Origin: Xylographa opegraphella
Lineage: Eukaryota
Reading direction: 5' to 3'
Assembly (NCBI GenBank): GCA_022813865.1
Contig: JALDZX010000016.1
Location: forward strand, 372,001 to 436,000
Length of the DNA: 64,000 nt
Part shown: positions 49,372 through 60,824 of the stretch, one piece after another
Numbering within the stretch: position 1 is the first letter of the stretch
Layout of the letters: every line of letters begins with the position of its first letter
Notes under the pieces: model-generated
The model's input: the letters and a program-made list of their open reading frames with translations, nothing else
Databases searched by the model: none
What the model was told of the DNA's origin: nothing
Position numbers and translations under genes: made by a program

Positions 49372-51081
49372 TCACATCCCACCTTTGATCTTTTTGCCCT
49401 TGACACTCTTCCATTCCACAAGAAGGGCCCCGAAAATAGAAATGGCGGCCAGCGCCACCGCAACGATGAAGAGGTTTGTTATGGCACTGTTGTATGCATG
49501 TAACACAACAGGGAGTAACGGTGATGGCACACTCGCTCTAATTTCCGTTGCACCCATGTTCACAATCTGATATGGATCAAAGTCCGGCAAACCGCTTAGG
49601 TCGGCGATGAGCTTGGTTTCCAATACGTTTTGAGCCACAGAGAGGAAGATGGCACCGCCAAGCTGTTGCCCGAAGAATTTAAGCGAAACTCCAGTGGCGA
49701 CATCCTTCTTTGACAAGACGGTCTGAGCGGCCAGACCGGCTTGCTGCTGGCTCAAGCCTATGCCAAACCCCACGATGATCTGAAAACCAAGCCACTTCGG
49801 CTCGCTAGTCGTTACGGTCCAAGTTGTAAGGAGGCCGGTCCCAACCGACAAAATGACTGTTCCTGCAATCAAGAAGGGGGCGTAATAGCCGATCCTACTG
49901 ACAAGTCCTCCCGCCAAAAGACTTGCGATAACGAGGGCGAGGATCAGCGGAAGCAGTCTGATACCAGATTCGACGGCGGATACTCCTTGAATTGCTTGGA
50001 ACCAGATTGGTAAATAGGTAATGATGACCGTCAATGACCCTGTCGTGCAAAAGCTCCAAAAAGCAGAACCTGACACACTGCGATTGTTTGCAATCCGCGG
50101 AGGGACCGTAGCCTTTTCTTGCAGCCATATTTGGACACCAACAAATGCAACGGCCAGCACGCCGAAGATCACAAGCAATGCAATGATACGGCCACTTTTC
50201 CATGCATAAATAGATCCTCCCCACTGCAAAGCTAGCAAGAGGCATACCGTACCCGACAGGAGGCACACTGTTCCGATCGGATCAAGCTGGTCGACTTGTT
50301 CGTGGAAAGACAAAACTTTCTTCTTCTCGTCTCCTGTTATCTCGAGGAAAAGTAAGATTATGACGATTGTCAGCCCGCCGATAGGTAAGTTGAGATAGAA
50401 ACACCATCTCCAAGTGGAATTGGTCGTGAGCACGCCTCCGAGAAGCGGCCCTACAATGAAAGCAACCATGAATACTATCCCTATAAATGCCTGGAGTATT
50501 GGTCTTTTGCGCAGTGGGATTATATAAACGGTTAGAATAATCGCCCCGCCCATAATTCCAGCAGAACCCAGGCCGGCAATGGCGCGGCCCACAATGAAAG
50601 CCTTCGAAGTTGGCGCGACACCGCAAATGAGAGAGCCGAGTTCAAAGAGACCTATAGAGCTCAGGAAAACCCATTTTGGCGAGTAGAATGTGTAGATGCG
50701 ACCATAGAGTAACTGGAAAGAGCAGGCGGTGATCATATATGCACTTCCATACCATCCAATATCACCGAAGGAGTGAAACTCGTCAGTCAGCTGAGGGATG
50801 GCAGTTGAAATTATCGTTCGATCCTGAAATATTGATCAGCTCAATTCTTGGCTGGGGGCGGATGCGAAGTAGCATACCAGAGACGTAATGAACAGAGACA
50901 GAAACACGGCTCCCATGATGACGATAACCTTTCGCCATGGCGGGTATTCCTTCCCGTCCTCGTCCAAGTCTCTACCGGTGGCTGTAGGCACGTCGAGCTT
51001 CTCGTTCATGATCGATTCTGTATGTGGTTGTCCAAGCTCAGCGTCCTTGGTGGACATGGCGGGAGTAGTGGTTGTTGACAT
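49372..51081 (-). CDS. DHA2-family 14-TMS MFS efflux pump (AflT/GliA-like), 2 exons
   Basis: LDRTIISTAIPQLTDEFHSFGDIGWYGSAY, GRAIAGLG, GPLLGG, WRWCFYLNLPIGG, YLPIWFQAIQG. Confidence 0.93.
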
Positions 51082-53719
51082 CTCAGATCTACTGAATATT
51101 GTACACTGAAAGGTATAGATGCATATATGTGCTTGATGAAAAGTTGTTCAGAAAAGCTCGTTGATAGAAAGTTGGGAATGGCAGCTATATATGGCTTGAA
51201 AACACCTCGACAGTGACTTTCGTATTGGAGACGGGGTAAAAAGTGAGGAGATATAGCAGCAGCGGCAGCAGCTATATAAGTACATGATATCGCGAACAAC
51301 ATTGTCTTATATGGTACCTCGCGTTTTCAACTTTACTACATCCATAGTCAAAGAGTCCGAGGACTAGGCCGCTTAGGCGGATTTTCGGACGCGAGGAAGA
51401 GAAGCCTCGCGCGCGAACGCAGCGCATGGCACGGTGCTTCGAACTTGCCTGAACATTGACTGGTACGCAGCCGAGTCTTCGAACACAACCAAACACGGCA
51501 AACGTAATAACGTAATACAGTCAATCGAAAGCTCGCTGTTTGGTTCTGGTTACCTGCTCGCGCGCGAGATGAGATTGCGAAAGTGTACGGAGTTGAAAGG
51601 ATCTGAGTTTGTCGCCATTTTAGCGCTCCATATCTGGTTAGCTTCGAGATTGCTTCGAGATTGCCGCCATGTCGACTTGTGGCAGTAAGGTCACCTCGTC
51701 GCAGATCAAGGAAGAGCGCTTTGCAATAGATTGGGGTTTAGGAGGTGAGCAAGAAAGTTGTTCAGTACAAGACTAGACTACTGTTTTCCTCTTAGTGCTA
51801 ACAATAGCATTGCAATTTGTCGTGAACGTGATGTAGGATGTAGGACTTTACGGCCCAAGAAAGTACGCTCGTACGCCCAGAGGAGACATGCCGATGATGG
51901 CTTGCAAGCGCTTGTAGTGTCCAGGATTCTGTTCGGGTTAAGACGTCGACAAGTTGAACAGCTACAAGATTCAACAGCCAAGGCGCAGAACAATAAGATG
52001 CTATGGCAATGGGTGGAAAACGGTAACGTTGAGAACTGGTGCAATGGGAACGACTGTTGGTAGCGGAAGAAGAGGCTGGATATGAAATTCGCACATCGAT
52101 CAAGCCGTGCCAGCATTGAAGTTGTTTTTCACCTTTGCATAGATTCGATTGTCTTTATTCTTGGACCTGGTACAGGAAACACCAGTAGGACCCGGATGAT
52201 GAGACAAATCGTGAGTAGTGATTTTGAGGTTGAGGACTGCAGGCGAGACGTTGGAGAACATGTTTCCAATGCAGCATTATCGCAGAGTAATTGAGAGGGT
52301 GAGGCACGACATCTAGCAATCCTGGATCACGAAGTAAAATTGCTAGACATAGCAAGCTTGGACAATGGACACAAGGACAACAGAGCGGTCCATGTCAGTC
52401 CCATGGAACCAACCCGCAACTTCACTGTCGAGCATCTCCACAGGTCAGACCGCTAGTCGCAAGGCAGCACCATAAGATAGGCAGTAGGACCGATACATAG
52501 GTAGCCAAGACAGGTAGATAAGCTCTATCCAGCCTATAGACGTGATCCCGATGATAGATATGATTCTATTCCGTCATCTCCCGAAGTTTCCTTGATATCT
52601 TTGAAGGTCTAGGCCACAGTCGATTCAGAATGTCAGAGAAAGATATTCTCGAAGGCCGCCAGAACGCATTGTCCGCAACCAATAAGACAGCGGAAGAAAA
52701 AGATTGAATTGGTGTTTATCGGCGATTTGTCGGTGGATACCCCGCATCCCGAAGGTCTACCGGCGCTATACCCCGGATTGCCTGAAGCACTAGGCTGGAT
52801 ACGCCCTAGCGACGGAAAGAGACCGCACAGTCGGCCCTTCTTTCGACGCTTGTCGCTGTGCTCTAGATAGACGATGCACATACACCTGACAGTGTAATAT
52901 TCGAAAAGGCGGCATGTGTTCGCTGTAATCTTTAAGCATGTATTGTATCAGCATCCGACATACACACTACTGCTCTCCTTCAGTGACGAGGCCATCGGTC
53001 CCATGGCTTTCTGGTTCTCCCAGTATCCTGTGGCGCACGGGATACTTTTCTTGCCAGCAATCTTATGTTGCTTTAGCATTTTGGCAGCAGAAGATCAATT
53101 CGTCATAGAGTTTCACATCACGGTTTTCTTTTGGTCTTTTCATTCCTTTAGCTGTGTTCAGGACCCCTAAATGGCGAAGCTTTTTTCAATACGGAATCGT
53201 ACCGTGTTTCAATCAGTTCTAGCGTCATGATGCATCTCCCGCCTCCAAGGCCAGTAGCCCTGTAAGGGTCCACTAGGCCCATTGGCACGTCCCTTTCCAT
53301 TGTGTCAGAGCTTGGTGATGCCCTTCTTGAGCACACAGCGCAGTTTTGCCAAGCAGCTTGAGGCGCCTTCTAGAAGCCTTCTGGCTGTCCAAGACCTCGT
53401 TGATTGCCAAGGTTGACGATGTGGAAAACTGTATATATATGTCCTACTTTCCCTTCGACCATGTATCATCAGCAGCATCGAGAGTTTCCTCTTCTCCCAG
53501 CACCTACAAGGTCTTCTCGGGTTATCAAAGTTGGCCCTTCAGTACACCCTCTGTATCTTTCGACACCCTTTTCGAGTCAATCCGTGCCATCAGCACAAGT
53601 ACTCACGACTTTAGCATCTGCCCCAAAATCTCTCAACCTTCAGCTGCGGCATACTCATTACTCCTATCATCTTCGTGACCTTACTCGGTCCAACCTTCAT
53701 CAATCCTCCCACCGCCAAC

Positions 53720-55192
53720 ATGTGGGGTCGAAAAGAAGAGCCCGAGGTCTCCGAAGTTCTTGAGCAGCGTCGGCCATCAAATGTCGAAGCCATGGCGCAG
53801 CAACACCGCAAAAGCGTCTCCAACAGGGGCCTCACCGGTGCCTCCGCCTTGACCGTTCGTCAGTCCATCGTCCCCATCATCCTGGTCACCACGCTTTTCT
53901 TCCTCTGGGGATTTGCCTACGGCCTTCTCGACGTTCTCAACGCCAAGTTTCAGACGTCCCTGAACATCACTGCTGCAAAGGCTGGCGGTCTCCAAGGTGC
54001 CTACTTTGGGGCTTACCTGGTTGGTCCGCCGACCTACTCCGGCTGGCTCGTACGTCGATTCGGATACCGCTGGACTTTCATTGCCGGCCTCTGCATCTAC
54101 GGCGTCGGGGCCCTTATGTTCTGGCCCTCCGCCGTGAATCGCTCCTTCGGCGGCTTCTGTGGCTCGCTTTTCATCGTTGGCTCCGGCCTCTCCACCCTGG
54201 AGACATCCGCAAACCCTTTCATCGCCACCTGCGGCCCGCCTCGGCTATCAGAATTCCGCCTCGAACTCTCCCAGTCCTTCCAAGCCATCGGCAGCGTCAT
54301 GGCACCTCTCCTCGCTTCCCGCGTTTTCTTCACCAGCGCGAATCCCAATGACCTGTCCAAAGTCCAATGGACGTATCTCGGTATCGCGGCCTTTGTCTTC
54401 CTCCTTGCCGTCGTCTTCTTCTTCTCCCCCATCCCCGAAGTCACGGACGCAGATATGGCGCTGCAAGCCGAACAGTGCTCTGACCTCACCGGCTACCAAG
54501 ACAAACCTCTCCGCAAGCAATACAAGCTCTTCTTCGGTGTCGCCGCCCAGTTCTGCTACGTCGGCGCCCAAGTCGGCGTCGCCTCCCAATTCATCAAATA
54601 CTCCGTCGAGAGCGCCGGCATCTCCGATGCCGCGGCCTCAGACCGCTACGCCATCGGGCAAGGCCTCTTTGCCCTCGGCCGCTTCGCCGCCGCCGGCGCC
54701 ATGATGTTCATGAAGCCCCGCTACATCCTGATGCTCTTCATGACGATGATTATGATATTCATCGCAGCCGCCATGGGCGTCTACGGCAACGCCGGCATCG
54801 CCATGCTCTCCCTCGTCCTCTTCTTCGAGTCCGCCATCTTCCCCACCATCTTCACCCTCTCCATCCGCGGTCTGGGGCGCCACACCAAGCGCGGCTCCTC
54901 CTGGATCGTGGCCTCCGTGTGCGGCGGCGCTCTGTTCCCGGCCCTCACGGGCCTGGTGGCCGATACGAAGAGCTACCACATCGCCATGTGCGTGCCGCTT
55001 GTGGGCTTCCTGGTCGCGTTCGCGTTTCCCATCTTCCTGAACACGTATTATGCGAAGGAGCTGGATGGCTTCCGCGAGACGAAGATCGGCTACACGGATG
55101 CGGACGGCACGATCGGTGACGCGCCGCATGATGAGAGGCGGCTGTCGGCAGTTAGTGAGAAGGACGCGTATCTGAAGGGGGTGGAAGTTTAG
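53720..55192 (+). CDS. L-fucose/glucose-galactose permease-like MFS transporter, intronless
   Basis: LFFLWGFAYGLLDVLN, LETSANPF, FCYVGAQV, FESAIFPTIF; ATG in the context gccaacATG. Confidence 0.92.
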   Translation: MWGRKEEPEVSEVLEQRRPSNVEAMAQQHRKSVSNRGLTGASALTVRQSIVPIILVTTLFFLWGFAYGLLDVLNAKFQTSLNITAAKAGGLQGAYFGAYLVGPPTYSGWLVRRFGYRWTFIAGLCIYGVGALMFWPSAVNRSFGGFCGSLFIVGSGLSTLETSANPFIATCGPPRLSEFRLELSQSFQAIGSVMAPLLASRVFFTSANPNDLSKVQWTYLGIAAFVFLLAVVFFFSPIPEVTDADMALQAEQCSDLTGYQDKPLRKQYKLFFGVAAQFCYVGAQVGVASQFIKYSVESAGISDAAASDRYAIGQGLFALGRFAAAGAMMFMKPRYILMLFMTMIMIFIAAAMGVYGNAGIAMLSLVLFFESAIFPTIFTLSIRGLGRHTKRGSSWIVASVCGGALFPALTGLVADTKSYHIAMCVPLVGFLVAFAFPIFLNTYYAKELDGFRETKIGYTDADGTIGDAPHDERRLSAVSEKDAYLKGVEV

Positions 55193-56306
55193 AAGGGTGA
55201 TCGTTGGGGACGGGGAAGGTGGTTTTGCGTGTTCGTTCGCAGGTTTCCTATTTGGCTCTTTAGTTTTCCAGGAGAGACTTCCTCGCCCTGGAAATGCATC
55301 ATGAATACCGAGACCGGGCAGGCGCTTTGGTATTCCATTTCGCACAATTGCCATTGTTGAGGAATTGTACATAGGCATTTTCGATGCAAGAGTCCCGCGA
55401 TCGATCTAGATCAGTTTGAAAATCTCAATGCATTTATTATTTCATACGCTTCATCCGATGCGCAACCAGTCATGCCAATCTGCATCCCACCCCTCCGCTC
55501 ATCCGATTCTCGATATCTGAAAGCGACGGAAGGAACAGAGGGGATCTGCTCGATGACCCCTTCAATAGACAGCAACAAAGTACGCCAATCGTCGACCGCC
55601 CAGCGATAAAACAAGAGCCTAGAAAGCGGAGGAAAGTCCCAACCCAAACAGTATCCCCCTCACACTTTCATCGTTTCCGCCTACCAGCGTGACAGCAGAA
55701 GCTCAAGGTAGCTAAGGTAAGCACGAGAAAAAAACCACGCGTCCTGCGCACGAATACAAGTCGCAGCATCGGGTATTGGGCACGTAGAGTAACAGAGCGT
55801 GTCTACATGGCACCTGGGGGCCCGGGGAGGCGATGCACTGCTCTAAGTGTTCGGCGAGGGAGACTTGTTGCGGGTTTCCAGGCAGTGGAAGCTATAGGTA
55901 CGTAGGTCCACGTTGGCCATTGTGAATGTGTTGGAGTCGCTGAGGAGGTAGGTAGGCCGAACTCTGTGGGTAGTGTCGAGCTCGGAGTGAGAGTTCCCAA
56001 TTTGCAGGGCTCGGGGGCGATGCGGGATTTCAGGCTTACATTCAATTCCTTCGCAAGACGTATCAGTAGTTAAATCAGTTCACAGGGACGAGCTGAGCTG
56101 ATAACTCTTCGAGGCAGCAACCCATGTATGAAGCAGAGCTAACAGTCAAACGCATATCGATGTAATCATACAATACACCATGTCTCGAAAGGGGGTGATC
56201 GACATAATGGTAGTGGCTCGAGAATTATGAACAAGAAACCATGCTCGAGTGTTCAGCAGCATGAAGTGAATCGGTAGATCCACAGTCACTTCAGCACCCA
56301 CAAGCC

Positions 56307-57889
56307 TCACTTCTCAAACGGGCAGCTGATGCTATCGTGGCCGTCGCCCTCGCACAGCGCGCACCACTTGTCGGCATCCACTGATTCCGTCGCAGGCGGT
56401 GTGTGGTGCACGCCATTGACCTCTCGCTCGGACGATTTTTCCTCCACGTGGCTGATCTCCTTGTCGAAATCCTCATTCTCTTCCATCTCACCTCCATGAT
56501 CATCCTCAATCTCCCTCTCCAAATTGTGCTTCTGCTCTTTCTTGACGACTTGGCTTCGCTCTCGCTCAAGCTCCTGATTATACTCCCGCTCCCTCTTCAA
56601 TTCGGCCCTCACCCGCTCAACCTCTCCGCGCAGAAATTCTACCTCTCCCCTAGCCTCCGCTTCACCTCGTCGGGCATCTTCAAGTCCTTCTTCTAGTTCC
56701 TGCACTACCTCTTCCAACTGTCTCAACTGGTGCGCCACACTTTCCACGTCTTCACTCTGCGCCATGAGGTTGCGTCGCTCCTCCAAGAGTTCTTCCACCC
56801 GCCGCTCATAGACCCTCTCAGTCTCTGTACTAGCAAGCTCTAGTGTGTCCAGTGTACTCCTGAAATCTGCGCGATGCGAATCGAACTCCAAAGTCAACTT
56901 GGCGATCTTTTCGTTTTTCTCTTGAATGACTGCTCTTAGCTGTGCGATTTCGTCGCTGTCGTTTCGAGGGGGCGCCAGCCTTCCGTTTGCTCTCGAGGGT
57001 GCTGAGCCGGCATGGCTGTTTGAAGTGTTTGAAGCTCTTCCAGCCATCCTACCGGGTGTAGGACTCGGCGCAGTCAATCTTGGGGCAGCGAGGCGATTAT
57101 GGGAAAGCATGTTCATGGATGGCCGATTGGTGAGAGGGGTGGCTGTCGAAGTATTCTGAGCTCGGCGTAGAGGAGACTCCGGTCGTGGTAGAGAGGGACG
57201 AGATCTAGGACGAAAGGCTGGACTTGGTGCTCGTCCTGGTCCGACTGACTGGCTAAATCTCGAAGACACAGAAGGGGTAGGCGGTGTTCTTGTGCTGGTA
57301 CCATTGGTGTTGGGAGAAATGGTCCCATCTTGGACATCGGTAGGTGTTGCAGGAATGGAGGAAGGAGAGTCGGTCAAGGACACACGCTTGGTAGCACGAC
57401 TGATGGGAAGAAAAATCCCAGCGCCAGGTATTGACGTTGTGAAATACCTCACACTAGCAAACTGTTAGTCAATTCATATATAGAAGTCAAGGTGACTGTT
57501 GAGGCCTCAGTGATCGGTGGGTAAGCAATTATCCAAAGAATACGAGTAACACAAATCAACACGCGGTTACACAACGTGCGAGCACATTTAAAGTACGGTG
57601 TTGATAGCAGAAGCACTTACCCTTCTGCGTCCCCATCATTTTTCCCTCGAGCTGCCCACCTGCGACTCAATTCCACCCCCACAAAGTATCCCTGCTTGCC
57701 TCTGACCTCCCCGACAAACTTCACTGTCCCGTCCATGCCTCCAGGCACGTCGACAGTGTCTCCAACGCGAAGATCCTGGGTATTGCTACCCATGTCCGAC
57801 GCTCTTCTTGTTGTGGGTGTTGACGATGCGAAAGTTGAGGACGATAGGTTGCGCAGCGAAGGGCGCGCGCGAGGAGTGTAGGTTGCCAT
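56307..57889 (-). CDS. CAP-Gly plus coiled-coil plus zinc-knuckle protein (CLIP-170/Bik1-like), 2 exons
   Basis: GTVKFVGEVRGKQGYFVGVEL..GKNDG CAP-Gly motif, S/P/R-rich linker, coiled coil, WCALCEGDGHDSISCP. Confidence 0.88.
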
Positions 57890-59049
57890 ACTCAAGGGTA
57901 TATGGCTGTCTTGAACTGAGTTTTCGCTGAGTGTAACCGTGTGGAGAAACTGCCCTTCGACTTCTAGTGAAACGATAACCGAGCCATCGATTAATTCTTC
58001 ATACAAAGCAGTTACTGCTGCGGGTTCGGAAATAGTGCTCCGTAAAGGCCGGGATTGCTGTCGCCTAGCAACGGGCGCTAGACACAACAGTGAGGCTAGG
58101 TGCCGCAGCATAGCGTACTTCCAGTTACGCGGGAGAAGTGTAGTAGAAGGCACGCTTGCTGCAATATCCAAACTTCAAGATATTTTTGTCGGAAAACTTT
58201 TGTATGCGAAGTATCAAAGTCCAACACGGTGAAGGATAGTATTGGATTTCACGCGAGAGCCTTTGGGAAATTACAGAGCTAGACCAGGAAAGAAATTAGG
58301 CTACGCCAAGGACTACGTGATCTTAGACGAAGGATATGCACTTCACTGTGGACGGCAACATGAGGTCAAAGGGGTAAACAGTGTTGGGAAAGGACTGGAC
58401 TCCCCAAGCAAGAGACACCGTATGGGTTATCTCATCCCAGCATGGCTTCTCGAATCCAGTGTCGTTCTCTCAAATATGACTTGACGGCTTCTGCTTCAAT
58501 CTGCCACCTGCGTGACTGGCTCTCATGGACGAAGCTACGAATTATATACTTCAATCGTTGGTTACTTGAGTACATATCAAAGGGCAACAGCTTCAATATC
58601 AAGTATGCTTGACGATCGCAAGGAGTACCTAGGGAATGTCAGATCCACAGCTTTGTACAAATCCAAGCCACGCGTCATCACTATAAATCACATTCAGCAT
58701 GTTCACTGGAAACAGTTTGCAGACATTCAATTTAGCAGTTTAACTGTATGCAAGCTATGGAATCAAAATCCTGCACTATATCTTCAACAGTCACATTCGT
58801 TGAACGCAAAGCTTCATCTCAGGGGAAAACCCATTGCAGGAAAACCTTGAGAAACTGTTAATGCTTCCAAACGTTCCTTCCCGATACACCAGCACGTTCA
58901 CTGCACTCATATTTCCGTATATCGTGCTTCTATCGATATCTTGTTGTCCTTGTATTTTCGCCTCCAGTGCGGCTTGTTCGAGGAAGGCTTTTGGTGGTGA
59001 GCTATATTGCTCGTGTGTAGCAGTTAGGCGACGTTAATGCTACTGACAC

Positions 59050-59155
59050 TGATTTTGCTGACGATTTCATTGATGCCGATAATGCTGTTGATACTGGTAA
59101 TGCCGATGCTGCCGAGGATGCCGATTCTGCTGAGGATGCCGATGCTGGTGCTAAT
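59050..59155. repeat. Degenerate 9-bp tandem repeat (gccgatgct/gccgaggat/gctgaggat)
   Basis: Units gccgatgct gccgaggat gccgattct gctgaggat gccgatgct at 59102-59146, with looser copies on both sides. Confidence 0.65.
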
Positions 59156-59616
59156 GACGACTCTGCTGTTTGTTGCTGTTGATACCGACAATGGCAATGG
59201 TGGTAGGAGTTTCTGCGATGGTGCATACGAGCCTACTGCGGCAATCACGGTTTCGAGGCGAAATGTGATGACAAGCTGGGCGGGTGACTGACGCTGACCT
59301 TGGCAACCTATTCTGGAGTTTGCATCGATGGCAGCGGTGGTAGTGAGCTGATTGACGATAAATTTCGGACCATCCGCGAACCATCCGCGAACTGTGCCAG
59401 AGATGTGATCCTGGGCATCGGCGCCGGTTGAAACTATCTGCTTCCAGCCCAACTGATCATGAAAAGCTAGTTTGATCTGATCAAGCCAGACAGAGTAATT
59501 GTTGTCCACCAGGTGTTTTTGACACACCTCTGAGCAAACAGATCAGCACAAGTCAAAGTTCATCATCAAAATACCCAACTGACAGCCCGAAGATACCCAA
59601 CAGACACCTAATACAC

Positions 59617-60014
59617 TCAAGCCAAGATTGGGAGATGGCGACCAGCAAACTTCTTCAACTTCTTCAGGCAATGCTTTATGGCTGCTTTATGGGCTAGCTT
59701 CTTCTGATGCCTCTCCTGAGCCTCGATACGATCGGCGGTCCGGCACTCCTGCAGCTCTGCTAGGTATGCTTCATAGGTAACGATGCCGTGGGTGGCGAGG
59801 ACATCTTCGGCCTGCGAGAAGTTATTAGCAGTGGAAGAGGTGAGTATAGGTGTGGCACAGATATGCTTACTAAGGGACAGGTGTTTGAATAGCGGCGGAA
59901 CTCTTCTTCATCGTCGGATGTACGGCTCCAGTTTGCGGAAGCGGAGCCGATCGACTCGAGTGAGCTGAGAGAGGGAGTGATGGCGGCCATGGTGGCACGG
60001 GTGTAGGTGTCCAT
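59617..60014 (-). CDS. Hypothetical 112-aa protein (2 exons)
   Basis: Exon 60014-59871, intron GTAAGC..GCTAAT..CAG, exon 59811-59617 in phase 0: MDTYTRATMAAITPSLSS..SDDEEEFRRYSNTCPLAEDVLATHGIVTYEAYLAELQE..KKLKKFAGRHLPILA. Confidence 0.55.
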
Positions 60015-60824
60015 AGTAATGGTTAGGTCGAAGGTACGAGGAGCGAGCAGAGTAAGAAAGTATTTGAGGCAGGACGAGGTGAGGTAATGGGTGCTGGTGA
60101 TAGGAAAGAGTAATGAGTGGTCCGAGGTCGCGAGGATTGATAGTACTTCTACTGGTGATGGATGACAGTACTGGTCTTGGGATCGATGAAAAAGAGGAAC
60201 CAGATTGAGAGGCCGCACGCATCATATATACTTCTGTCAGGGGTAGAATTCGTAGAAACTCGAAGATGTGGGTCTGAACTCAAATAAATGATCTATTGCA
60301 TTCCATGCTGCTAACTTTGCAAGTCTTGCTTCTGCCTCTACTCCATGCATCATACCGGGCCATATCAACAACCCCAGTCTGTTGAAATTTTCTGGGGACT
60401 GCTCGTGTGTGGCTGAAGCTGTTCAGGGAACTGCTGCTTTGATCTTCATTGAGCTCCAGCGAATGGGATTGAGTCTGTCTAGAAGCATACAAGCGTAGAA
60501 AATCTTGACTTGCTTCAGATTCAGATTGATCCTGGAATGCTGCGAAGCAGAACATGTATAGCTACATGTAATGATTGTTTCTTCTGAACAACTTGGGGTT
60601 GACTGAGGTTCGTCGAGTCTCGAAACTTAACGACTGTTCGGGCTTAGTCTGGTCGAGCAGCCTACTCCAAAAATAGAAGAACTCTGGTACCTTGTTGTAA
60701 CTTGTAAGGGATAGCGTTCTTACGAGCAAGGACCCCTGAGTTGAGTTCCAGAATCTTACATGCACGTGTCCAGCAATATTCCAAAAGGATGAGTTCCGAA
60801 CCTTGAGAGGTTGTGGGATCAGTA

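Noticed and set aside
51700..52400. Intron-like segment 51745-51807 and short ORFs between the two MFS genes
   Set aside because: No convincing spliced reading frame and no recognisable family; possibly a decayed gene but unsupported.
52740..52776. Two CreA/Mig1-like sites (CCCCGC, CCCCGG) upstream of the sugar permease
   Set aside because: Six-base degenerate motifs about 950 bp away are not distinguishable from chance without conservation data.
59050..59155. Periodic repeat as a CRISPR array
   Set aside because: Degenerate 9-bp tandem units without spacers, in a eukaryotic genome with no cas genes.
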